Positions 10,301 through 19,791 of a stretch of 25,703 nt of DNA are shown here, one piece after another. Location: positions 1,054,001-1,079,703 of the forward strand of contig OZ237754.1 in NCBI GenBank assembly GCA_965178125.1, read 5' to 3'. The position numbers and the translations under genes were made by a program. Source of the stretch: Bilabrum cf. latius. Taxonomy: Eukaryota. The number at the start of each line of letters is the position of its first letter. Within the stretch, counting starts at the first letter, position 1. The notes under the pieces are model-generated. The model was given only the letters and a program-made list of their open reading frames with translations. It was not told where the DNA came from and did no database searches.

Positions 10301-13100
10301 CCCAAGAGATAGAAGACGGCAGCTTCCCTTGCAATGTCCCAGCGTACTCGCCAACCGACGCCAGTGCCCCGTAGGGACGAGTAGCCTCTCGCACCACGGC
10401 GTACCGAGCCCGTTCGAGCGGCGTACCATGCACAACCTCTTGCAAAAGCTCATCACGACTGCTGTGCATGAACTTTATCATAGCTGGGTTGGGAATTGCT
10501 ACTGTGTGCGAGGGCTGGCCACACAATTCAAAGCCAACGCCAAAACTGCAGTACGTGGCCATGTCTGCGTCTTGCTGGGGAGTCAGCAGACCATGCGGAT
10601 GAATGATGGCCGCAAGATCTCGCATACCTCGACGCTACTAAGATCCACTCCATGCACGCGCCTGCGCCACGCCAGTCTGCATCTATCGACTGGCAACACG
10701 CGTCTTTGGCTTGCTGCTGGCAGCTGTTGTAGAGCTTGGACCTGTGGGAGTCCTTGATGTCCCGTCACTGCGATCTCCTGTCGGACCAAACCACTCACCT
10801 CTCCGTCCTCTGGCGTCCTCTTCATCGCTTTCATCCATCGCAGCTTGTCGAGCGCGCTCCCGTGCTGACTGCTGAGCAGCAATGTCTGCCTCTGCTCTGC
10901 GCATCTGTTGCTGTGCAGCCTGCAGCAAGAGAGACATCGGCTTGCAAGCCTTGCAGCCGACTCGCTATACATAAAACACTGAGCATCTTGCCACCTGCCT
11001 CATGAGCAATATCATGAGGAATCGGTTGTAGTGAGAAACGTGCACCATGCGCCGCAGCAAGCCGTCCTGATCCTAGAGCCAGTTGTCCCGGCCAAGCACT
11101 GCAACGGATTCTGCTTGCCTTGCTTCTGTGGCCTCACTCACACCAGAGTCGGAGTCAGACCTGGAGTCAGACTCGGAGTCGGAGTCAGACACATCAGTCT
11201 GACCAACAGCAGGATACCCCAAGCATCGCACCCAATGAAATGCACTTGACAGAAATCGTGATGGACTACGGTCCCGAGTGTGAGAACTGGGCCAGAATCT
11301 GCTTGTCTACGGGCCTCGCCCACTGGCAACATGCGTGAGAGATGACTTGAATCCACCAGTTTGCCCACCTCCGCGCTATACACGAATCACTAGCTCGGGT
11401 CCCTACCAATCGAGCTTCTTGGCAGCAGCTCGTAGGCCCGAGCCAAACACGTACAGCAAACAACTCCGAATGACATCGATGTGTGATCCTTGGGTCCAGA
11501 ATCCCTCGTCGTTTGCTAGTTCCACAACCCCTTCAGAATCAAGCGTGTGTTGCAGTGACCTAATAGGAGGTTCAAAGGCGTCGATCAGGTCTCGACAGAA
11601 GGCAAGCAAACCACCCGGCACCATGACAGACACTGTAGCTGCACCAACGTCGAAAAGCTGAACGTGAATATCAGTTGCAAGACCGCTCAGGACATGAAGC
11701 TTTGGTAGATTAGCCTATTGATCGCTCTGGCCGCTCGATGACGCTTGATGCACGGCCCGACTCCACAAGGTTCCAGCGTGCGGGAGCACTGAGGACCAGC
11801 CTCCCCTGTCAGCTTTGTCGAGAGTCCACTGGTACTCACGTTTGCACTGCTACTCAATGTGTTTGCTATATCTAGACACGTCTGCCTAAGCCCCAGCTGC
11901 CAGGACCCGAATGTTCGTGCCACCAATACCGTGCGGACTTTGCTGGCGCAGAGCATGCACCTTGGCCACCACGCTCGCAACCTCCAAGGTATCCCCGTGT
12001 TTCTCTAACGAAGACCATCGCATGGCAGTCTGCTCATCCTTGAAGACGCTATCACCGCCATCAATGTGTGACGACCATGCTAGTCGCATCGAGCCTCCTG
12101 CAGGTGGGCGCTGGGCATGTGCCGCTCGAACTACCACGCCAGAAGCAGGCGATTGAGACAAGCTGGTATACGACGGAAGCAGCGAATCTGAGTCATGGAC
12201 GCCTAGAACGCCATCTGTGATCCAGTCCAGCAGTGTATGGTCCGATCCGTCCAGCCCCAGCGGCCTTGCCAACGTTTGAGGCAGGAAGTAGTTCGAAGTC
12301 TCATCTTCACCTGTGCCAGTACAACACGCTACCGCTCCAAGTGCAGTGTATCCATCTAAATCAAAGGCAGAATCACAGTGACAAGACAGCGGCATGTCGT
12401 CAGAGAGTGGGGGAACCTAGAACGCTGCAAAGCTCTACGGTCGGTCCGAAAGTGTGCTGCTTGTCGATCTCCTTCTTGACGCCGAGCTTGGAAGGCCTCG
12501 GCTGGCACTTGGTGGGATTGGCTAGCCAGATGATCGACTCTCCGCAACAATGGCCTTCTTTCTTGCCGCAGCACGAGCTCCTTGTCTACGGACAGGAGGC
12601 AATGGTGCAAATCCAAGGCACATATCTGCTAAGAATCTCTGCGATGGTGACAGCTCCACCATCCTCTATTGGCCAGACGCTGGTGCTGGTCGGGACAGAA
12701 TGCGGCCTGATGCACCTCCAGAAGCTTGGCTTGCACCTCCTGACAGACTATGGCTGCTGCTGGGACCACCGCTTCTCGATGAGCGAGGACGGGCTGGTGA
12801 GCTCCCAGAGGCTTGGCTTGCACCTCCTGACAGACTGCGGCTGCTGCTGCGACCACCGCTTCTCGATGAGCGAGGACGGGCTGGTGAGCTCCCAGAGGCT
12901 TGGCTTGCACCTCCTGACAGACTGTGGCTGCTGCTGGGACCACCGCTCTTCGATGAGCGAGGACGGGCTGGTGAGCTCCCAGAGGCTTGGCTTGCACCTC
13001 CTGACAGACTGTGGCTGCTGCTGGGACCACCGCTTCTCGATGAGCGAGGACGGGCTGGTGAGCTCCCAGAGGCTTGGCTTGCACCTCCTGACAGACTGCG

Positions 13101-13139
<39 letters not shown>

Positions 13140-13950
13140 ACTGCTACTGCTGCTACTGCTGCTACTGCTGCTACTGCTGCTACTGCTGCTACTGCTGCTA
13201 CTGCTGTTACTGCTGTTACTGCTGCTACTGCCTGGCGACTGCAGGTGCTCCGTTGGACCCGCCAACGGCTACCTCACTCCATCAATATGCACTGAGGGAG
13301 CCACTGTCCTGCTTGCCAGCGCTGCTTGCGCGGGGAGGTGATCATGAGGAGCATATTGGCAGCAATCAACCAAAGATACATCGGAATGTAGGTCTGATGA
13401 TTCCAGCAGCCATTGAATGGTCGTCTTGTGGGAGATCTCTGCATTGGCGCTCGGTGTATCGTACACCACGAGTAGAGAAGCCAGCAAGTTGTCGAAGTCA
13501 GCAGCTTTTACTTGCAGCAAGCGGAGACAGTCCTCGATCTCTTGGGTCTCGACACCATCCATCTGTGAGATGGCGCATGAAATTATAAGCGTAGCACTTG
13601 TGCCGAAAACTGAAATTTGTAACTGGTTGATGCAAACCGATGAAAAACGTCTCACTTCACGGGGTGGATTTGGCTAGTCGTGGTTGAACTCGCGGATTAA
13701 GCTCAATTTCTCCTCTGCGATCTGCGAAAGTTATTATACGGGTATATACTTAATATCAGTTAGCGAGCCATGACGGGACCATTGTAGCATGTGCAACAGC
13801 TGGTCTCACTGGTACTTGCTGCCAATGAATGGACCGTCGAGTTAGGGCTTGCTCCAACCGTGTAAGCACCTTGCGCATAGATGCGAGCTAGTCCTTTTCA
13901 TTAACGATACTGCACGCATTATCGATGGTGCAAAAATGTTCACTGGCCAT
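7314..13950 (-). CDS. Giant hypothetical protein (~2150 aa), visible only when TAG is read as sense; model exons 13950-13810, 13721-13656, 13562-7314
   Basis: ORF-track fragments ending at 7590, 7908, 8466, 9048, 10188, 10683, 11403, 11886, 12666 and 13269 share one frame and all end in TAG. Reading the gaps by hand finds no TAA/TGA between TGA 7314 and TAA 13731, with 26 TAG. gtgaga donors (13809, 13655) and cag acceptors (13722, 13563) are in phase 0. The 5' structure is less certain than the main frame. Confidence 0.8.
12719..13099 (-). repeat. 87-bp coding tandem repeat (~4.4 copies) encoding SLSGGASQASGSSPARPRSSRSGGPSSSH
   Basis: Near-identical units with period 87 (e.g. 12719, 12806), a multiple of 3, inside the giant ORF. 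Confidence 0.92.
13103..13230. repeat. CTG/CTA trinucleotide microsatellite encoding poly-Ser in the giant ORF frame
   Basis: (ctg)n then (ctactgctg)n. The minus strand reads agc/agt in the open frame. Confidence 0.92.
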
Positions 13951-14082
13951 CCTAGACTTGTTGCAATGGGTGTTGCACTGAACGGATATTTTGGCTCAGG
14001 GTGTGTGCGCGGCGCCACTGGCAACAGTTGATTACGGAACACGACCGACTGCTGCCAGGATTCGAAAAGTTCGAGGGATTGA
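13951..14082. promoter_or_regulatory. Putative compact bidirectional promoter
   Basis: 132 bp between inferred divergent ATGs at 13950 (-) and 14083 (+). Confidence 0.35.
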
Positions 14083-15066
14083 ATGATGTAGAAGCATGGT
14101 TTAGGTCCCAAGTAGGAACACACATCGCCGTGGAAGTTGCTTGGAGTGGTTCCCGGTGACTTCGTCTTGGACTGTCTTGCCGTTCGACGGGGCATTTGCA
14201 TCGCTGCAAGCTGCATAGCTCAAGAAAGCTTGCGGTTCATTGTATAGGTTGGTACGCATGTATCTGCGCACTAGCGTAGCCATTTGTATTCCGTACTACA
14301 GCAAATTTGTACTGCATCGGAAGGCTCGGTACTATGCGTTGATCCGGCGTTCGTGTTAGGAGAAACAGGCAGGCGGCACTTGCGCCTGGCCCTCAACAGC
14401 ATTCAAGACGAGACAGATGCAAGATTGAACTCCATACGACTAAAGCTGGTAACACCGAGAACAGCTACTATTGATCCAAGGGCAAACGTGAGTACATCAA
14501 GCCGATCAAGCTAGCTTGCCACCAAATCAATGCGTGGAGTAGGCAGCGAAGGAGGTTCTCGCACAGCTATGAAAGGCATCGACGAGCACCGTAGCGAGGT
14601 ACGTGGTGTGCCAAGCCCAATTGACGACAGCAGTAGAGCATCCTAGACTCGTGCTGCAAGTTCCAGCATGCCTAGCTCTAACCGTACCTCTGGTAGCAAG
14701 CAAGCTGATCAGGCTGGTGCGTACTCGTGGCAAGAGGCAGTCATGCACTTGCGGACACTATGCGACAGCTGCGAACGGAAGGTGCGCCTATCTCGTGAGG
14801 AATCGCGCAGCCTGGTCCACACTGCAAGCAACAGCATTGAACCCGCGCTCACGCGCATGCTGCAACTTGCCCGTGCGGAGACATCCGCCAAGACTACTCC
14901 ACATAGGCAGGCCCCAAAGGCTACCACCAGTACGTACACCAGATCTAAGGCGTTGCCGCAAAGGACTCTGCCGAAGAAGCGAAAGCTGCTAGCTGCGAGC
15001 GCTTCCAGCAAGAAGAAGGCCAGGGTGGTCAGCCAGGGTGCCATCGCGTTTCTATCGGGAAAGTGA
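14083..15066 (+). CDS. Hypothetical 327-aa protein with a basic C-terminus (KKRK NLS-like); needs TAG as sense
   Basis: ATG 14083 follows TGA 14080. One frame joins ORF-track pieces 14284-14514 and 14668-15066 through TAG at 14089, 14113, 14245, 14272, 14512 and 14644, with no TAA/TGA until TGA 15064-15066. Confidence 0.65.
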
Positions 15067-15342
15067 CGTTCAAGACAGCAGCCCCCCGTGTCGTCCTATC
15101 ATCTGCCTTCATCCGCCCCGGATGTACCGGCTCGCCCTATAGCCCCCGCCCCGTCCGTGGCAGCGTACGGGCTCAGCGGCCCCAAGGCACAGCCTTGCCT
15201 GCAGGTCCGCCCTCACGCTTCAGTTGCTTGGCCTGTACGCAGATGCACTGTCCATTTATGATCAACGATTCACGTTCTCAGACAAGTCGCAGTCCCACAC
15301 ACCAACCATATCACACCATGTGCCGCACACTCACCAGGTCCC

Positions 15343-15412
15343 TAGGGGGGGGGTAGGGTTAGGGTTAGGGTTAGGGTTAGGGTTAGGGTTAGGGTTAGGG
15401 TTAGGGTTAGGG
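15343..15412 (+). repeat. (TTAGGG)n telomeric repeat, block 4
   Basis: Degenerate G-run start followed by a TTAGGG array. Confidence 0.95.
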
Positions 15413-15500
15413 TATCTGGGGGTCATGTTAGGATCGGGGCACGCCCTTTTTTGGACCAAAAATAAAAACGCCGCACATTATATATATTCAGATAGCCCTT
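15413..15500 (+). repeat. Telomere-associated unit A, copy 3
   Basis: Matches 4157-4244. Confidence 0.92.
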
Positions 15501-15965
15501 AGGGGGGTTGGGTTAGGGTTAGGGTTAGGGTTAGGGTTAGGGTTAGGGTTAGGGTTAGGGTTAGGGTTAGGGTTAGGGTTAGGGTTAGGGTTAGGGTTAG
15601 GGTTAGGGTTAGGGTTAGGGTTAGGGTTAGGGTTAGGGTTAGGGTTAGGGTTAGGGTTAGGGTTAGGGTTAGGGTTAGGGTTAGGGTTAGGGTTAGGGTT
15701 AGGGTTAGGGTTAGGGTTAGGGTTAGGGTTAGGGTTAGGGTTAGGGTTAGGGTTAGGGTTAGGGTTAGGGTTAGGGTTAGGGTTAGGGTTAGGGTTAGGG
15801 TTAGGGTTAGGGTTAGGGTTAGGGTTAGGGTTAGGGTTAGGGTTAGGGTTAGGGTTAGGGTTAGGGTTAGGGTTAGGGTTAGGGTTAGGGTTAGGGTTAG
15901 GGTTAGGGTTAGGGTTAGGGTTAGGGTTAGGGTTAGGGTTAGGGTTAGGGTTAGGGTTAGGGTTA
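15501..15965 (+). repeat. (TTAGGG)n telomeric repeat, block 5
   Basis: TTAGGG array with a degenerate start (aggggggttggg). Confidence 0.98.
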
Positions 15966-16093
15966 CAGTACCATCTCAGGGAAGGGTAAGGCGCCGCGAA
16001 AGTTGACATGTTCCGCAGAAGTTGACATGTTCCGCAAAGACGGCGGTGCCGCGCAGTGTCGAAGTGGTCGCAAGATCGCACTGAGGCGGATCT
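15966..16093 (+). repeat. Telomere-associated unit B, copy 2
   Basis: Matches 5120-5247. Confidence 0.92.
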
Positions 16094-16546
16094 TTAGGGT
16101 AGGGTTAGGGTATAGGGTTAGGGTTAGGGTTAGGGTTAGGTTAGGGTTAGGGTTAGGGTTAGGGTTAGGGTTAGGGTTAGGGTTAGGGTTAGGGTTAGGG
16201 TTAGGGTTAGGGTTAGGGTTAGGGTTAGGGTTAGGGTTAGGGTTAGGGTTAGGGTTAGGGTTAGGGTTAGGGTTAGGGTTAGGGTTAGGGTTAGGGTTAG
16301 GGTTAGGGTTAGGGTTAGGGTTAGGGTTAGGGTTAGGGTTAGGGTTAGGGTTAGGGTTAGGGTTAGGGTTAGGGTTAGGGTTAGGGTTAGGGTTAGGGTT
16401 AGGGTTAGGGTTAGGGTTAGGGTTAGGGTTAGGGTTAGGGTTAGGGTTAGGGTTAGGGTTAGGGTTAGGGTTAGGGTTAGGGTTAGGGTTAGGGTTAGGG
16501 TTAGGGTTAGGGTTAGGGTTAGGGTTAGGGTTAGGGTTAGGGTTAG
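16094..16546 (+). repeat. (TTAGGG)n telomeric repeat, block 6, abutting bacterial DNA
   Basis: TTAGGG array with variant units at its start (tagggt, tataggg, ttagg). Confidence 0.98.
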
Positions 16547-16549
16547 TGG

Positions 16550-16714
16550 TTATCGATCGCTATCTTTCTTAATTCTCCTTAAAAGATTGGATCGACTCAT
16601 GGCCATTGCCTCAGCCAATTCTGAAACTCCAAACGACTCATTCGAGATGTTCTCTAACACCTTTTCCTGTACCCTCTTTAGAAATTCACTTTGCTGATTT
16701 AAGTGCTCCTTCAT
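16550..16714 (-). pseudogene. AraC-type helix-turn-helix regulator, N-terminal fragment truncated at the junction
   Basis: Hand translation MKEHLNQQSEFLKRVQEKVLENISNESFGVSELAEAMAMSRSNLLRRIKKDSDR*. This is the first half of an AraC HTH, cut off next to the telomeric block. Confidence 0.8.
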
Positions 16715-16939
16715 CGCGTCTCGAAATTAGTTTTTTTCGGTCTACCCGAAAATAGACTTAGACGCTGCATTTTATCCCTCAGAAGGCTATTTGCGTCATA
16801 ATTTATACTCCTGCGTCATAGTTTTCCTGCACTCCTCAAAGTTTATGAACCCTGCTGCATAACAGTTACAGCGGGGCTTTTGCGCTTCCCACCTTTGTAC
16901 TGTTCAATTTCTATCACATTAAAATCAAAAATCACAGAA

Positions 16940-17509
16940 ATGAAAACGATCAAATTAAGCTATTCGAAAATCTTAGTAGCAAGTTCCTTATTTATGGTCC
17001 TTTTTTCGGCCTGCGCACAATCACAAAACTCCGAAACCCCTAGTCAGATAACTGCGCCGCAAATGGATATTCAAACCGCAGTACTAAGTGGGAATCTTGA
17101 AGCAGTAAAGCAACACATCGCCGCAGGAACTGATCTCAATCAAAAAGATCCCATGACCGGTTCCACACCTCTGATCACTGCTGCCACTTTTAATCGGGTA
17201 CAAATCGCCCAAGCTCTTATTGAAGGTGGCACCGATTTGAGCCTTAAGAATAATGATGGTACTACTGCCCTGCACAGTGCAGCATTTTTCGGACGAATAG
17301 AAATCGTAAAGCTCCTTATTGAGGCCAAGGCCGATAAAAGCCTACTCAACAATTTTGGTGCTACTCCTCGCCAGACGGTCATGGGTGATTTCGCGGAAAT
17401 CAAACCGATCTACGAAATGATGCAATTGCAGTTAGGTCCTTTGGGCTTGCAACTCGATTTAGCTGAAGTTGAAGCGGCGCGTCCGGTGGTGGCTATGATG
17501 TTGCAGTAG
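16940..17509 (+). CDS. Ankyrin-repeat lipoprotein
   Basis: Probable start MKTIKLS at 16940, lipobox FSAC, ankyrin motifs GSTPLITAA and GTTALHSAAFFGRIEIVKLLIE. Ends in TAG. Confidence 0.9.
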   Translation: MKTIKLSYSKILVASSLFMVLFSACAQSQNSETPSQITAPQMDIQTAVLSGNLEAVKQHIAAGTDLNQKDPMTGSTPLITAATFNRVQIAQALIEGGTDLSLKNNDGTTALHSAAFFGRIEIVKLLIEAKADKSLLNNFGATPRQTVMGDFAEIKPIYEMMQLQLGPLGLQLDLAEVEAARPVVAMMLQ

Positions 17510-17575
17510 GGATTATTGTTGAGTAGATAGTGAAAAGTAGAAGGTTCAAAGTAGAGAAAGTAGAAAGTAGAAAGT

Positions 17576-18643
17576 ATGGAAACTGCAAGACGTTATGATA
17601 TAGATTGGTTAAGGGTAATCGCCATTGGTTTACTATTGATATACCACATCGCGATTATCTTCCAACCCTGGGCGATGTTTATAGGCTTCATCCGCAGTGA
17701 TGAACTTCACGAAGGCCTCTGGAAGCCTATGACTATGCTCAACGTATGGCGGATACCCATCCTCTTCTACGTGTCTGGTATGGGAGTCTATTTTGCTATG
17801 CAAAGAAGAAACGTAAAGCAGCTTTTACTAGATCGGGCGCAGCGAATCCTGCTTCCCTACCTCTTTGGTATTGTGGCGGTGGTGCCCTTGCACTTTTTGG
17901 TTTTCCAACATCATTATGGTCAGCCTTTAGGTTATTTCGCTCACCCTGCCCACCTTTGGTTCTTAGGAAATCTGGTTATCTACATCTCCATACTTTTTCC
18001 CCTATTCTTTTACCTGATAAGAAACCCTGAAAATCGCTTCAAAAAAGCCCTGGAGAGAATTATGAAGCATAGCTTAGGACCTTTGGTTGTCATTCCCTTC
18101 TTTATCCTTGAAGTGTTGATAGTGAACCCGGACGTATTTGCCCTCTATGCCCAAACTCCACATGGCTATGGAATTGGCTTCCTTTCGTTCTTCTTCGGCT
18201 TTATCTTAGTTTATGTGGGTCAAACCTTTTGGCAAACCGTGCTTAAAGGACGCTGGCTCTATATCGGTTTGGCGGTCTTATTCTATGGCCTACGGATTTT
18301 TGTCTTTGAAGATCATACCCCCAACTACCTGATGGCTATCGAATCAAACCTCTGGATCTTTGGAATCTTCGGCTTCACCTACAAGTACCTAAACAGGCCC
18401 AGTGCTACTTTGCGTTATTTGAGTCAGGCGGCCTATCCAGTGTACATCATTCACATGTTTGTACTATACGCTGCCGCAACGGTAATACTACCTCTAAGTA
18501 TCCCCGTCCTGGCCAAGTTCGCATTGATCATCTTGCTCACATTCGTGCTATGCTTTGCGATTTATGAAATGCTCTTAAGAAGAGTGAGGGTTCTTAGGCC
18601 TCTTTTTGGATTGGCGTGGAGGAGGAATAAGGTAAAATCCTAA
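17576..18643 (+). CDS. Acyltransferase family 3 (OpgC/MdoC-like) membrane protein
   Basis: RRYDIDWLRVIAIGLLLIYH, WRIPILFYVSG, HLWFL and YLSQAAYPVYIIH motifs, with many TM segments. Confidence 0.9.
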   Translation: METARRYDIDWLRVIAIGLLLIYHIAIIFQPWAMFIGFIRSDELHEGLWKPMTMLNVWRIPILFYVSGMGVYFAMQRRNVKQLLLDRAQRILLPYLFGIVAVVPLHFLVFQHHYGQPLGYFAHPAHLWFLGNLVIYISILFPLFFYLIRNPENRFKKALERIMKHSLGPLVVIPFFILEVLIVNPDVFALYAQTPHGYGIGFLSFFFGFILVYVGQTFWQTVLKGRWLYIGLAVLFYGLRIFVFEDHTPNYLMAIESNLWIFGIFGFTYKYLNRPSATLRYLSQAAYPVYIIHMFVLYAAATVILPLSIPVLAKFALIILLTFVLCFAIYEMLLRRVRVLRPLFGLAWRRNKVKS

Positions 18644-18750
18644 GCTAAGCTTCCCTAAAGTGCCAAACAGAATAGTAATCTCCAGAGATTAGACTTTTCC
18701 CTTGAATAGCAACATGGTTCAGTATGAATGAATAGGTAATTAACAGTATT

Positions 18751-18779
18751 AAAAAGCCCCTCCTTTCGAGGGGTTTCTT
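18751..18779 (+). terminator. Rho-independent terminator-like hairpin
   Basis: aagcccctc-cttt/c-gaggggttt hairpin flanked by A and T runs, downstream of the acyltransferase. Confidence 0.65.
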
Positions 18780-19009
18780 AATTGGTCTAGATTAACTAGG
18801 CATTGCTCTTGTAAAAAGGCCAACTGTTACGAAGCGACTTTTGTGGGCTTGGTACCGTCTGAGCCGAGACGATCAATGATATGCCAAAACTAATAACTCA
18901 CCAATTGTGACTTATTGGACAGTTAAATGCCATCCAAGGTTCAAAGCCCTCAGATCTTATCATACTGCTTGCTGGCTCGAGGAGAATTAGGTAAACTACC
19001 TCTCTCAGA

Positions 19010-19522
19010 AGACTGGTACTTAAAGAGCTTAAAGAGCTTAAAGACCACTATGCTGAAGGTCTTCAATCAATAGTTGACAAAGATTTCAAGCAGATCATAA
19101 CAGAGAAGTACATTATTAATCTCGATGATCAATTGGATTCAATGTACCAAAGGGAGGACCATCAACTAAAAGCAGCCGCAAGTCGGGCATCACTCCAGTA
19201 AAAAATTAATACGCTGGAGGAATTTATTATCAAATACTTCGAGCCTATTCCCGCATACCGAATTGACAACCACAACTCATACACAGCCACCGAAATATCA
19301 ATCTATCTCCAAAACATTAACTCCATTAAACTGAGCATGAATCTGATAGGAAAAGCTATGTCCAAACATAGCTACAATCAAAAAAATGTTCGAAGTTTAA
19401 ACTTAACGAAAAGGAAAGGTAGCCCAGTAAAGAAGTGGGGAATTAAGGAACGAATGGGTGACATAAAAGAATACTTCGCTCAAAAGCGACTCTTGGACGA
19501 TGGAATAAGTAAATATTGGTAA
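19010..19522 (+). pseudogene. Degraded VapE/VirE (virulence-associated E, P-loop NTPase family) remnant
   Basis: One frame reads DKDFKQIITEKYIINLDDQLDSMYQREDHQLKA...*KINTLEEFIIKYFEP...YTATEISIYLQ...LSMNLIGKAMSK. This resembles the VirE Walker-B region and the DUF3874-like C-terminus. Internal TAA at 19199 and no intact 5' part. Confidence 0.5.
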
Positions 19523-19791
19523 GAGGCATGTAGTAATGTAGTAAGGGCCATGACGGAAATATCAATCTTAACAACTAGTATTCATGTTCTATTTATTATA
19601 ACTTATGATTAGCTGAAAATTTCTCCATTAAAAATGCTTCGCTTAATTCTGGCTCAATGTACATAAATCAGAAACTACCGGAGTCTATCCTTTCCCATAT
19701 TGCATCGAAGACTACTCATTAAAAGTCTGTAATAAATACCAAGTTCTCGTTTCCTTAGCTATTTTTGAATTATACCTGAAGAAAACTATTT

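Noticed and set aside
13103-13230. CAG/TAG poly-Gln tract as extra support for TAG=Gln
   Set aside because: The continuous open frame reads it as poly-Ser and the Gln frame includes TAA, so it was not counted as evidence.
12233-13588. 451-aa Cys-rich and 263-aa Leu-rich plus-strand ORFs
   Set aside because: Antisense readings of the repeat and microsatellite within the minus-strand giant gene.
7314-13730. Pseudogene or decayed transposon with many stops
   Set aside because: All 26 interruptions are TAG in a single frame with no frameshift, TAA or TGA, and no RT, integrase or transposase motif was recognised.
5120-15412. Nanochromosome capped by telomeres at both ends
   Set aside because: The left flank is TTAGGG on the plus strand rather than CCCTAA, so the orientation does not fit a left chromosome end.
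16551-16560. GATC sites near several junctions (4245, 5243, 16089, 16555) as Hi-C ligation scars
   Set aside because: No complete GATCGATC junction is present and GATC is common, so this is only suggestive.
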